DNA from: Octopus vulgaris
Taxonomy: Eukaryota
Direction: 5' to 3'
Assembly (NCBI GenBank): GCA_951406725.2
Contig: OX597815.1
Span: 24,862,001 to 24,926,000, forward strand
Length of the DNA stretch: 64,000 bases
Position numbers and translations under genes: made by a program. The notes under the pieces were generated by a model that saw nothing but the letters and a program-made list of their open reading frames with translations, made no database searches and was not told the DNA's origin. This document shows positions 37,856 through 56,860 of this stretch, in pieces (within the stretch, counting starts at the first letter, position 1; every line of letters starts with the position of its first letter).

Positions 37856-38545
37856 AAAATGGGACAAGAACGCAAAACCAGACAGTTAGGTGATACAAAA
37901 GTAGGACAACAAAACATCCAGACAGACGATACAAGGAAAACAAGGACGGATCATTCAGATGTTTTCTTTCCTCAATCGAGTTCCAGATTATCTTTGCAAT
38001 TTCGGCTGGTTACACTCGAGATTGCTCCAATCTGGCCAGCCCCAAGGAAAAAATAATTTAAGAGCGTTAGATTCCTTGGAAGACAGCAGCGAAACAAGGA
38101 CGGAAAAATCAGAGAAATGTTACACAAATACAAATGTAATTAACAGGACATAACAACAGGTGTCTTTCGACTAAGGACGAATTAAATTAAGCTGGGGTCT
38201 GTGGAAGTAAAGTCTTACGACAGGGAATAAGAGATGACAGACATGGGGAGGAATATAGATGTTGCACGGATGGTAGTCGAACCAAGAAAGAAAGGTCAGG
38301 CCTGGCCAAACACCGGTCACGTGGGGAGAGAAGAGAGAGACGTAGAGGCAGAGAGATAGAAGAATTAAGGAGGGGCGAGAAAAATGAAAGAGACACAGTG
38401 AAGTGAAAGAGGAGGGTAAGTGAGCATGAAGCGAAAGCCAGAAAATGTGAGAGAGGGGGAAAGAAAGAACGAAAAGTGGAATGAACGAAGTGTAAAAGGG
38501 GAGACAGAAATAAGGAAAGAATGAAAGAATACAAAGAATAATAGA
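37856..38545 (-). mobile_element. ~690-bp unclassified interspersed repeat (family of 17805-18445)
   Basis: Homology to 17805-18445; flanked by (TACA)n and (TA)n. Confidence 0.8.
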
Positions 38546-38557
38546 GTCGTACAAAAT

Positions 38558-40433
<1,876 letters not shown>

Positions 40434-40570
40434 TACGTTTATCACCCTTTTTTCTTCCATCTCTCTTTTCCCCCTTCCCTTCTATTTATCTCTATAACGG
40501 CTTTTGACTGCTTCTACTCACTTTTTCCCTCTCCGTATTCACAGTCTCTCTGTCGCTCTTTCTCCCCAGC

Positions 40571-40644
<74 letters not shown>

Positions 40645-40849
40645 CGTCTTTCTGTATCTATAGAGAGAAAGCGTTGACAGCCGCAAGTGTAATTAATGGA
40701 GAGGAATAAAATAGTAAATAATTATATTGTGTCGGAAATATATTTCACTCTCTTGAAGTTAAAATATTCCCGCTACAGGGCTTTTACAACGGTGAATTAT
40801 TATCGCCCACCACCACCGCACAATAATGATAACAGATATTTATTATGGT

Positions 40850-41640
<791 letters not shown>

Positions 41641-42110
41641 CATATATTTATATTGAGGCTATCTTATAAGAATTTTCCATCTGCTCGGTAGTCCGTCTGT
41701 CAAGAGTAAAGAACAATTACCAACCCATGGGTCTAGTTATGCCGTGCGAGACACCAAGCCTGATCATTTTGTTTCTTTCCTTAGTGCAAGGAACCGAGCA
41801 TCTAATGTGTAATTTTCTAAGACATTTGAGGGAAATTTGGCCACTGGTTTTAGAGGTAGAGCAGCTGCGAAGAGATTCCTTTGTAGTTGCTCTATAATGC
41901 ACTACATCTCCTAAAGTAGTAAACTGTCTCCCTCAGTGGATAGATAGTTTTATTTCGGCTGTTACAGGATGGTGCTTTGCACGATTTTTTTTTATAGTTG
42001 TAACGTGCGATGTTGGAAACAATATTGTGGAAGCAAAAATCAACTCCTCTTAACATTATGCGTAATAAATATATTGTAACATTTATGTTCACTTGAGAAA
42101 TGTTGCCTAA

Positions 42111-42406
42111 TCTTTATATATAAAAGAGAAGTTGTGTGTCTGTCTCCTACGATTTAGATTCCTAACTACTCCCACATTTTGCGGTGCAGTATAACTAAAA
42201 GCGGGTATCTTATAGTCGTGATTCACATCGAGCCCTTTTGGGTATTAGCGCGCGTCTACGATGAGTCTACGATTTTAAAAATAATTTACCATCATTTTTT
42301 TCCATTTTGAATGCATTTTTTTGCTATTTTTTGGCTATAACTCTCTAAAAATGCTTATATAGTTATTTCCCTTACAAACCCGAGCAACGCCGGGCGATAC
42401 TGCTAG
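42111..42406 (+). mobile_element. Non-autonomous Helitron
   Basis: A|TCTTTATATATAAAAG 5' end; subterminal hairpin CCCGAGCAACGCCGGG; 3' CTAG|T; no TSD. Confidence 0.88.
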
Positions 42407-43119
42407 TTAGGAATAGAAAGTTCCTAGATAAATTCGCGCGGACATCTGCAATGAATAGAGGTAAGTTATCTTTTCTTAACTTCCTTCATGACTGAGTATC
42501 CTCCATATAACCAAACTTCTTATAAAGGCCACTTCTAGCTAATGTCTCCATATGGTGCTATTAAGTTTCCAGGTGATGCTAATTAGTAAATCAAATTCCA
42601 CAGAAGTCAGCTTTACCTTTCATCCTTTGATATAATCAGATACTGTGAGAAATTAAGCTTTACTATTGCGGATATCGTCAATAGTGTGCAATTTTTCACC
42701 ATCCCGTTCAAGGTGCAGTTCGGCGGAATAGTTAGACGAAATGCCTTATGATTTCTATTCCCTTTCATTGCATCCTGAGTTCTTGTGTAATGGACTTCTC
42801 ATCTGCTTAAACACCACTACTTGGTCATTGTGTGGCTTTGATGGAGTCCACTCTATTGTAAGCATTCAAGAAGCTAAGTCTCCAGTCCATGGCTTTCTTT
42901 TTAACAGCTTTGGAGACCCTGAAAATATATCAAGTTATGGTACTGCCTTTCCCAGTGCGACAGACATAGAAAGCGAGAGACAGTGACAGGGACATAGAGA
43001 GAGAGAAAGAGAGTGAGAGTGAGAGAGAGTGAGAAAGAGAGAGAGAGAGAAAGAGTGAGAAAGAGAGAGAGAGAGAGAGAGAGGAAGAGAGACACAATGT
43101 GTGTATGTGACTCCTGTCT

Positions 43120-43495
43120 TTTATCTTTAACTTGTTTCATCTGAAAGATTAAGACGAACAAATCAACCACAGCACTTTTTCAAAACCTAGTATTTATTCC
43201 ATCGGTCCATTTTGTGAAGCCGCTAGGTTACAGGGACATGAACAACCAGCATCGGTTGTCATGCGGTTGCGGGAATCAGACACAAAATACAAAAACATAC
43301 ACACTTATTACAGGCTTCCACACCGTCTTGTGAGTGGATGTGGCAAACTTTCCGACAACCAGATCTACTCACAAGGCATTGGTCCGTCTGGGACTATTAC
43401 AGAAGACACTTGACCAAGGTGCCACGAAGTGGGACTGAACCCGAAACCACGTGGTTGCAAAGTGAGTTTCTTAATCATACAACTATACCAGCACT
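43120..43495 (-). mobile_element. SINE family A, diverged
   Basis: CAAGGTGCCACGAAGTGGGACTGAACCC; CAGCATCGGTTGTC. Confidence 0.8.
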
Positions 43496-43535
43496 TGTGT
43501 CTATTTTAAGTAAGTTTGATTCATTGATAACTGTT

Positions 43536-43953
43536 TCTATTTCTTTACTATCCACAAGAGGCTAACCACAGAGAAGACAAACAAGGACAGACAAACGGAT
43601 TAAGTCGATTATATCGACCTCAGTGCGTAACTGGTCCTTAATTTATCGACCCCGAAAGGATGAAAGGCAAAGTCGACCTCGGCGGAATTTGAACTCAGAA
43701 CGTAGCGGCAGACGAAATACCCATATCTTTACTACCCACAAGGGGCTAAACACAGAGAAGGCAAACAAGGACAGACAACGGATGAAGTCGATTATATCGA
43801 CCCCAGTGCGTAACTGGTACTTATTTAATCGACCCCGAAAGGATGAAAGGCAAAGTCGACCTCGGCGGAATTTGAACTCAGAACGTAACGGCAGACGAAA
43901 TACTGCTAAGCATTTCGCCCGGCGTGCTAACGTTTCTGTCAGCTCGCCGCCTT
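43536..43953 (-). mobile_element. SINE family B head-to-tail dimer
   Basis: Single 17-bp TSD ATTCATTGATAACTGTT (43519-35, 43954-70) around two units. Confidence 0.93.
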
Positions 43954-45478
43954 ATTCATTGATAACTGTTACGCTGAGGTGACGGAAACTTCAGAAAGAC
44001 GGACTAAAAACGCTTTGTGATTCATAAATAAGACTATTTGCATTCTGAACTCAAATTCCAATGTTGTTAGTTTCGCCGGAGTTCACTCAAAATGTCTCGG
44101 TCAAGTACTAGGGTCGACTGAGATATAACGCCCACCCATCGTCGTTCTAAGATCTGGTAAGTACGCGTCAGATTATACTGCGCTGAAAAGATCTTATAAG
44201 ATCGAAACGTCTTCGGAGTTATCACAAAACTTATCATCTGAGGCTCACTCTTCACTGCATGTCTCAATTTAATTTTTGAATCAGTTTAAACTTCAGAGTT
44301 CTTTTCTTTGTCTTTATTGTCAAGAATTGTCATTAATGCTAATTACCTTTCTTTTCATTACTGATGGAATTTCATTTCGTTAAACATTCCTTTCAGCTCA
44401 CTACATTAAGTATGTTAGAAATTTTTCACTTTTAGAAATTACTATGAATAATGGATTTGCAGAATCGGTAAAGTTTCGGGTTAAAAACCTGGCGAGATTG
44501 AACTATTACGAGAGTTGATAGAACCGATAAGATAAAATATCTAATCAAGCACTTGGGGATCAATTAATCGTGCGCATGCGTGCACACACGCTCAAACTTA
44601 CACACACACACAAATATGCCAACCCGTATTGCATAGTTAGAAATTAATATTTATCCAACGCAAGTGAGTGACAATTTTATCCGCTTAATGCTTCAAATGC
44701 GAGAGATAAGCAGTCGGCTGCAGGGTTCCTTGTGATGAGAAAAAAGATTGTCTTTATTAACTTTGTGCATAGAGAGTTTCTGCAGCTGTTATATAGACAG
44801 AACAATCGGCGAGTTGTATATCGTTCTGTCCCCATAGCTTTAAAATTCAGGCAACATAAAACCGCTTGTATCTGATACAGAAATTCCGAAGGGTTTTACC
44901 AGATTGTCAAAATTACAATAATCAACTGACTGTGTTAAATTCCATTTATTTATTATTGTTGTTATTTCCTTTTAGCTTTCAAAGAACTCAAGATATTCAA
45001 AGCTTGCAAGCGAACGTATATTTACATAAGCAACTGCACAATGACTTTGAAAAGAAAAGGTCAGATGATAAACAGAGTACAGAAATGGTAAATTACAATT
45101 TAAGATGCCACGGATTTGTTCCATTTCTCTTTCACTTTGAACGTTGTATTTACGAAATCTGGATAAATCATTTCCACATCAGAGTCTGATTATTGTTCCC
45201 GGCATGAATGTGTTTATATCAAATGGATGTTTTGGGAGTGAAAATTTTCCTTCAATGTGAAGCCTAGATTTTAAAGCAAAAATTTAGAGAAAGTGGAGCA
45301 AGAAAATCAAGAAAGTGAAATAAGAAAATACAGATATGAGAACCAAAAATAATGTTTTGAAACGCCAGCTAAAATTTCTTGGATCAGGCGACAATATTGC
45401 TTGAAGAACTGATATAAATGTGGAAAAGGGATATAAAACGACTATATAGAGAAGTATAATAGACGGATGACATCGTTT

Positions 45479-45536
<58 letters not shown>

Positions 45537-45618
45537 GGTGGTGGTGGTGGTGGTGGTGGTGGTGGTGGTGGTGGTGGTGGTAGTAGTTGTTGTAGTAGTA
45601 GTTGTTGTAGTAGTAGTT

Positions 45619-45650
<32 letters not shown>

Positions 45651-45660
45651 GGTGGTGGTG

Positions 45661-45728
<68 letters not shown>

Positions 45729-45878
45729 GGTGGTGGTGGTAGTAGTAGTAGTTGTTGTAGTAGTAGTAGTTGTAGTAGTAGTGGTGGTGGTGGTGGTGGT
45801 GGTGGTGGTGGTGGTGGTGGTGGTGGTGGTGGTGGTGGTGGTGGTGGTGGTGGTGGTGGTGGTAGTATAGTATTAGTG

Positions 45879-45919
<41 letters not shown>

Positions 45920-45941
45920 GGTGGCGGCGGCGGCGGCGGCG

Positions 45942-45982
<41 letters not shown>

Positions 45983-46031
45983 GGTGGTGGTGGTGGTGGT
46001 GGTAGTAGTAGTAATAATAGTAGTAGTAGTA
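45479..46031. repeat. Compound trinucleotide array (GTA/GTG/GTT/GCG)n
   Basis: Direct inspection; explains the poly-V, poly-P and poly-T ORFs. Confidence 0.97.
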
Positions 46032-46039
46032 AGTATGAA

Positions 46040-46418
46040 GCGTGCTACTGTCTGTCTGTCGAGTAGAGTGGATAAGAAATATATTTGGTAATCATGGAGT
46101 TCCACTGAAAAGAAATGACATAATCATACACCATAGAAGGTCTCAAAGAATGACATAGTAACCCAGTGGAGGGAGATTAAAGCAAACGCCCTAGATATTA
46201 TTATCAAAGACTATCAGAGTAAGATACGTTTTCAAAAAAGCATATAAATTCCAACAACGATATCTCTTGGTAAAAGAAAAAAAATTGAAAAACTGTCAAC
46301 ATTTAAACGCCAAGGTATAGACATAGCAAAAAATACGGGTATGGAAAACGAATAGTACCCATAATAATAAGTGTCTTGGGAATGATAAAAATAAATATAT
46401 AAAATATATATAGAAACT

Positions 46419-46452
<34 letters not shown>

Positions 46453-46459
46453 CTCACAT

Positions 46460-46513
<54 letters not shown>

Positions 46514-46600
46514 AGGCTGTTAATACTATATGCTGAGTCCTTTAAATACAAAGAAATACTGCTGCAAAAGACAAAACACAGCACATACCCAAAACAATGA
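46040..46600 (+). pseudogene. Decayed R4/Dong-like RLE endonuclease C-terminus
   Basis: REIKANALDIIIKD (cf. REIKANRPDI..KD), IEKLSTFK, IVPIIISVLGMIK (cf. IPIIVGALGMIK). Confidence 0.65.
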
Positions 46601-47022
46601 ACTGCAATGTTTTACAATGAAAAGCGTATAAAACTAAAAACTTCTGAAAGATCAGCAATTTTCGAGAAGTGGCCAAGGTGCTCCAGCATGGCCGTTGTCA
46701 AAACAAGTAAAAGAGTAAAAGAGTAAGAGTAAAGTCAATTAAATCGGCTTCTTTATTTAATTAATATTTATTTTAGCAGATAAAAAGCAATCTCTGAATT
46801 GAAACGAAATGTATGTACTATACGTAGCGGATTTTCAAGGCGTTTTCTCATAAACTTATCTATACTACTTCAGTACCATTCAGATCTTACTGTAGCGTTA
46901 TATATTAGCTCTTTGAACAGGCATTTAGCATTTTTTGAAGATACACTCAACCTGTTGAGATGATATAGTATTTCTGGGATTTGAGTTTTGGTAAAAGATT
47001 TGGAAGCTTATATTATCTAGAC

Positions 47023-47351
47023 CATGCCTGGTCAACTCGAATTACATTGCGGGCCACTTTAATCACAGAAAGTTTTTTGAGGGCCGCTTGTATACTTTAT
47101 GCGCTAATAGTCAAATAATCAAATTACAGAATCAAGAATTTTTCATACTTTTCGTTTGTTTGAAATTATAAAATTGTAGACTATTGCTTTATTGCCACTT
47201 TATTTCCACTTTTCATTACAATCTTTAATTTTTGATAAAATTTTAAAGATGTTTGTTTAAATAAACCCATTTCAAGAAAGTATCAAACGGGCCGCAAAAT
47301 ATAAGTCTGCGGGTCGCATGCGGCCTGCGGGCCTTAAGTTGGCCAGCCCTG
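47023..47351. mobile_element. hAT (Charlie-like) MITE
   Basis: 8-bp TSD ATCTAGAC/ACCTAGAC; TIRs CATGCCTGGTCAACT / AGTTGGCCAGCCCTG; subterminal GCGGGCC repeats. Confidence 0.85.
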
Positions 47352-47959
47352 ACCTAGACATTTGTAGCCCTCTCACTTGTAATGCAGCATTAGCAAGAAG
47401 TGGATGAAATTTTACGGAAATCTGAAAATACATTAAACAACGTACACAAAAGATATTTATGAGGAGTAAAATAATTTAGTTCGAGATTTAATATAACGTA
47501 AATATAACGGCAAACATGACAAAGAACTTCCTGTTTTCTTTAATTATAAACTCGTAATAGTATAGTTACCACAATATCTTTATTAATAAAAATACTGTTA
47601 AAAAGAAATATAACTCTCTTGATAATATTCCACCATAAACAAGACCTCAGTTTTATTGCATCTTCCCCAACAATCTGAATGTAACTTCATAAATACACTA
47701 AACTCTTCCCTCAATGGTAAATGTCTACAGAAATAGTAATATAAAAGCTACAACAAAAACAGTATAGAATGTCTAAATTGCATTTATAGTATCAAGAATG
47801 AACAACTTAAAAATCTGAGACATACAGCATATTTTTGTTTTTTAGAAACCCAGAAACAAAATTAACCCTACATAACTAATCCACCATATTTGGTAGCTTA
47901 AAGGTAGATTAATCAACAATGCCAAAATAACATGGCTTATTGTCGAAACTTCTAAGTGA

Positions 47960-49070
47960 TACAGAAACAGAAACAGGGGCTGCAATCTGTAAATTGCAGA
48001 GATGTATGGTAATAACATCAGACAATATTTTAAACAGAAGTTTGAAACAATATTTAAAACAAATTTTTACAGTTCCAGTGATGGCTTGGATCTTGCAGTC
48101 TTCGTATCAGCTTTCTCCTTTCTGGTTTTGAGAAGCCTAATTTCTCAAGATTGGTATTTAAGGCAGCGTGTTACATATCCTAGGGACCCAGTAATTACAG
48201 GTATAAACCTGAACTTGCAATCTGGATAGAGTAACTGCAAATTTCCCAATAGTTCAACGTAGTTATTCTTTTTTTCACTGATCTTCAGCTTCATGATAAC
48301 ATCCGCTGGGCAGCTGATTTCCACAACTGTACACAGTTTCTCTTCTCCATCCCAAATCATTATATCAGGCCTGTCGTGCTTACATTTTATTTAGGTCTTC
48401 ACTGGAATATTCCACTAGTACTCCATTTTATTATGAGTAGTTATGGGTTCTACCATACCGTGGGTTCTTATTTAGGTGTTATCCTTCCGACGGATTTCAT
48501 TATAGAGTGTCCTAGCTACAACATAACATCTCATCGGTAGGTAATACCGTGATAACATTTTCGGACAACCGCTTATGATTTAGATGATATCTTCGGTATT
48601 ACCGCCACAAAGTCTGCATCGGTTGTCACATTTTACAGCTTTTCCTACATCTACACCCCTTTTGTGCAACAGGTATTTGGTTGATATTTCTTATTCCTAA
48701 ATTGCAAATTCATACCCTTCAAAGTGGGAGATAGTAATCCGGTTATTGGTCCATGATAGACTGCTTTGATGATCAATGTTACTATCATCTCGGCGCTTTC
48801 TACTAACATATCCATGCATAGTCTTCTGCTCATATATGTTCATCCTTTCATTTGATGATACGTTGCAGTAGAGCCGTATTACTTCTTTGGGTATGTATTC
48901 TAGGTTATCAGATAAGGAATGTTGCTCAAGGAGCTGCCTTCCAAGTCTTATGATGTTATCAGCCTCATATACGCAAGGGATGCACTCTGACATTTGGTGG
49001 TTAAAAGATGTTGCCGAAGTGATATGATACGACATTCAAAGGTGTTTTGGACCGATGTTAAGCCTCTGCC
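47960..49070 (-). pseudogene. R4/Dong-like non-LTR element, 3' part (zinc knuckle and RLE endonuclease)
   Basis: KTMHGY..., EGYEFAI, CRLCGGNTEDII*IISGC, HDRPDIMIWD...EISCP...EKKNNY...IPVITGSLG. Confidence 0.85.
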
Positions 49071-49202
49071 TATGTATGTATGTATGTATGTATGTATGTA
49101 TGTATGTATGTATGTATGTATGTATGTATGTATGTATGTATGTATGTATTATGTATGTATGTATTTATGTATGTATGTATGCATATATATGTGTATATAT
49201 AT

Positions 49203-49580
49203 ATTCTTTTATTCATTTATTTGTTTCAGTCATTCGACTGCGGCCATGCTGGAGCACCATCTTTAGTCGAGCAAATCGACCCCAGGACTTATTCTATCGG
49301 TCTCTCTTGCCGAACCGCTAAGTGACGGGGACGCAAACACACCAGCATCGGTTGTCAGGCGATGTTGGGGGTGAGGGGCAAACACAAACACACAAAAATA
49401 TACGTACACGTATATATACGACGGGCTTCTTTCAGTTTCCCTCTGCCAAATCTACTCACAAGGCTTTGGTCGGTCGAAGCTATAGTAGAAGACACTTGCC
49501 CAAGGTGCCACACAGTGGGACTGAACCCGGAACCATGTGATTGGTAAGCAAGCTACTTACTACACAGCCACTCCTGCGCC
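49203..49580 (-). mobile_element. SINE family A
   Basis: Reverse complement of the consensus. Confidence 0.92.
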
Positions 49581-49884
49581 TATATGTATATATATATAGG
49601 TGCTCATTCCCTTGAACTGATTGTTAACACCGTCTTAAAATCACTTGCTAAACTTTTGGTAGATGATGAAGAGAGATATAATCAGAAAAATTATGTTATT
49701 AATCAAACAGAACCAAATAACTCCACTCACATAAATCATGCTTAACACCTTTGAGCGTTATTGGATGTGATAAGATCTATCACTGCAAGAATTGCTCCGG
49801 GAGAAAATTCTCCACCTAAACATATGTAAATACGGATTTTGCTTTGGGCTGGGAGTGGCGTCATTAAATTGTACGACGCATATG

Positions 49885-50300
49885 TCTCTCTCTCTTTCTT
49901 TTTACTCTTTTACTTGTTTCAGTCATTTGACTGCGGCCATACTGGAGCACCACCTTTAGTCGAGCAAATCGACCCCGGGACTTATTCTTTGTAAGCCCAG
50001 TACTTATTCTATCGGTCTCTTTTGCCGAACCGCTAAGTGACGGGGACGTAAACACACCAGCATCGGTTGTCAAGCAATGCTAGGGGGACAAACACAGACA
50101 CACAAACACACACACACATACATATATATACATATATACGACAGGCTTCTTTCAGTTTCCGTCTACCAAATCCACTCACAAGGCATTGGTCGACCCGGGG
50201 CTATAGCAGAAGACACTTGCCCAAGATGCCACGCAGTGGGACTGAACCCGGAACCATGTAGTTGGTTAGCAAGCTACTTACCACACAGCCACTCCTGCGC
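49885..50300 (-). mobile_element. SINE family A, young copy
   Basis: Closely matches the reverse complement of 20319-20728. Confidence 0.95.
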
Positions 50301-51159
50301 GTGTCGTTCTATTTCATTAGCTAAAAACACTAATTCAGTGTCTCCCAGCCCGGTAAGTATAGAAATATACTTCAGCAGATAAGATGTTTACTGATGTGCG
50401 TATCACTCGGTCAAGCTCGAAATAAGAATAATTGATACCACGCAAAGTAGCCTTGAATAAAATATATTCGCGTAAAGTCGCACGCTTCCGTGTCGTACCG
50501 TTTCCTCAGGTACGCAAAGTAACTCAGTCGCTGAGAGACCAAATAATTTGTACATTAATATACATTCTTCATGCTAATTTCATAAGTAAAATTCTATAAA
50601 TACCAGGATGTGAGCGACTGAGTTAGTTTGCATAGCTGACGAAGCAGAATGATGCAGAAATGCATGCATTCCAGGATGTAATGACGTCGATCGCTGCCCA
50701 AAACAAATTGTTTAGCTGGAAAATATTTTCCGGGGTCTATTCTTGCAGCGATAGTTCCTATCACGTTCAATTATACACAAACGTGTAAAAAATTCACACG
50801 AATACATTTTATTCATCGCTGCTTTGAGCGGCATTATATGCGTGTGTATATGTGTGTGTATATATACACATATATACATACATATATATATATATATATA
50901 GATATGTATGTATTTGTGTGTGCGCGTGTATGTGTGTTTGTGTGAGTATAAATGTAAATAAAGAAATATTTGTTGCTTTTATTAGAAGCGTTGAAATAGG
51001 TATTGTACGATATATATAAGAAGGTGGGACTTTTTCGAACGCAGAGTTACCGTTAGAACAGCAGACATACTGGGTAAATTACCCTTACAAGGCAGAAAAA
51101 TTTGTCAACAACCAGTCACGGGGCAAATTTCTCAACAACCAGCCATCTTGACAAATTTT

Positions 51160-54425
<3,266 letters not shown>

Positions 54426-54650
54426 AGTTTTATAGAGTTTCATCTAATGATGGAACAATGCTAATTTTATGGTAGACGGCTGAGAATTTTCCGGTAGTCT
54501 GTCTTCAACGTTCACGGTTATCAAATCCCGGTAGGATCAGACTCTCTTTTTATCTCGTTGAAGTTGACTTCGCTTATCATGACACGGTGTTTAGTAAAAT
54601 ATGAATTAGAAAGTAAGTGGTGAAATTTATACAAAGTTTCTCATTTAATA

Positions 54651-55065
54651 GGCGCAGGAGTGGCTGTGTGGTAAGTAGCTTGCTAATCAACCACATGGTT
54701 CCGGGTTCAGTCCCACTGCGTGGCATCTTGGGCAAGTGTCTTCTACTATAGCCTCGGGCCGACCAAAGGCTTGTGAGTGGATTTGGTAGACGGAAACTGA
54801 AAGAAGCCCGTCGCAAATATGTATATATATATGTGTGTGTGTATGTTTGTGTGTCTGCGTTTGTCCCCCTAGCATTGCTTGACAACCGATGCTGGTGTGT
54901 TTACGTCCCCGTCACTTAGCGGTTCGGCAAAAGAGGCCGATAGAATAAGTACTGGGCTTACAAAGAATAAGTCCCGGGGTCGATTTGGTCGATTAAAGGC
55001 GGTGCTCCAGCATGGCCGCAGTCAACTGACTGAAACAAGTAAAAGAGTAAAGAGCAAAGAGTAAT
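54651..55065 (+). mobile_element. SINE family A
   Basis: Full-length consensus-like copy. Confidence 0.95.
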
Positions 55066-55553
55066 AAAACAGACCGCAGTGGAGAAGCTCAAGAAATTAA
55101 AGTAACGTAAATGGCGTTGCCCCAGCAAGATCACAGCTAGAATAAGTAAAAGAATAAAACAAAGATACACGAAAGATGTGTTTTATATTTCTAGTTCAGA
55201 TCGTGCCAAGGACGTCTTCGTCGTGTTTTATTATCGGTTGACGTGCACTGCTGTGTACGGCAAAAGTATTCTAAGTAAGCTTTTAATACATTTAGAATAG
55301 GTATAAACTTTCACAGCCTCCAGTTATGTATCCGCTAAGATATAGTTTTTTTTTCTTTTTACCTCCTCAGTCAATCAAAATTCTACATGATTTCATAAAG
55401 TAACAAAAGGTTCGAGGGTAGCTTTGAATAAGCTAATTCCACCAATCAATTTAGGCAAAGAAGTGAAGTAGGCTAGAATACTTTCCACCTTCTTTTGTAT
55501 TACTGAAGATCAATGTGTTATAGTGAATTTCATTTCCTGCATAAAAAAAAACT

Positions 55554-55930
55554 GAGTGGCTGTGTGGTTCCGGGTTCATTCCCACTGCGTGGCACCTTGG
55601 GCAAGTGTCTTCTACTATAGCCTCGGGCCGACCAAAGCCTTGTGAGTGGATTTGGTAGACGGAAACTGGAAGAAGCCCGTCGTATATATGTATATATATG
55701 TGTATGTGTATATATGTTTGTGTGTCCGTGTTTGTCCACCCACCATTGCTTGACAACCGATGCTGGTGTGTTTACGTCCCCGTAACTTAGCGGTTCAGCA
55801 AAAGAGACTGATAGAATAAGTACTAGGCTTACAAAGAATAAGTCCTGGGATCGATTTACTAGACTAGAAGGTGGTGCTCCAGCATGACCGCAGTCAAATG
55901 ACTGAAACAAGTAAAAGAAAAGAGAAAGAG
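55554..55930 (+). mobile_element. SINE family A with a deletion in the head
   Basis: GAGTGGCTGTGTGGTTCCGGGTTC junction; remainder consensus-like. Confidence 0.92.
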
Positions 55931-55978
55931 AGATCTACATAATGAAATGAATGAAATATAAAAATACATTGTATTTAG

Positions 55979-56860
55979 TTAATTACTTGCAAGGACACAG
56001 TATTTCGTTTTGCAGCCATAATATATTACAAAGTAGGTTTACAAGTCAATACTGTGTCATATTTTTTGTGTTAGCAGTGCGATATTCCCGTTTTTAAGTG
56101 GTAAACTACAGATTTTCCATAGAATTCAAAGCCAGCACAGTTACGGCTTTTCGTATATGTATATGTCTATGTAAACAATGCGATCGAAGATAGTGAATAC
56201 CCACTAAGTTTAGTGGTGTAACACAAATCGGTCAATCGAATAGTTTTGCACTGCTAAACGAAGTGGGTATGTAAATAATGTGTTCGTGGATAGTTGATGA
56301 GTTGGTTGTAGTGCTGATGAAAGTGCAAGAACTCCTGAAAGATGCATACACATCCGTTACCTATTGTTCTATCTTCGATCACATGGTTTGCATCGACGCA
56401 TTCGTATACGAAAGCTCGTAACTTAAAGTGTTAACTGCAAATTTAACTTAAAAATGAGAATATCGCACTGCTAACACAAAAAGTAAGACACAATATTGAC
56501 TTGTAAATCTTTAATACACTTGGTAGTATATGACGGTTGCAAAACAAAATACTGTGCCCATGCAAGTAATTAATGTTTACCTACCAGATGCCAGGAATAC
56601 TTTTAATATGTGTTTATTATGTAAATTAGTCTATCCAGTAGTGTTACACAGCTAAACTTAGCGTATATTTAAGCAATGCGTTCGTGACTAGTTGATGGGT
56701 TGGATGTGGGATTGATGAAAGGGTAATAATTCTTGAATTATGCATATACAACCATTGCCTACTTTTTTCTATCTTCAATCGTATTCGTTACATAGACGTA
56801 GCCGTATACGAAACGTCGTAACTAACAGTACTGACTGTGAATTCTATAGAAAGTCTGTAG
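55979..56860. mobile_element. Fold-back element with ~210-bp imperfect inverted arms plus a third partial copy
   Basis: 55979-56193 vs 56369-56573 inverted; 56640-56860 repeats the interior. Confidence 0.7.

Noticed and set aside
37955-38045. Permuted (type II) hammerhead in the 650-bp family and in 21765-21810
   Set aside because: GAAA and (C/T)TGAnG motifs appear in a compatible order, but stems I/III and the UH site could not be built.
45284-46105. 273-aa ORF with poly-T/P/L tracts, and the poly-V ORFs opposite
   Set aside because: Product of a compound trinucleotide array that lacks stops in some frames; no domain content.
51071-51159. Small inverted and direct repeats (AAAATTTGTCAA/TTGACAAATTTT, CAACAACCAG x2)
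   Set aside because: Short and AT-rich with no TSD or second copy; could be a repair scar but cannot be interpreted.
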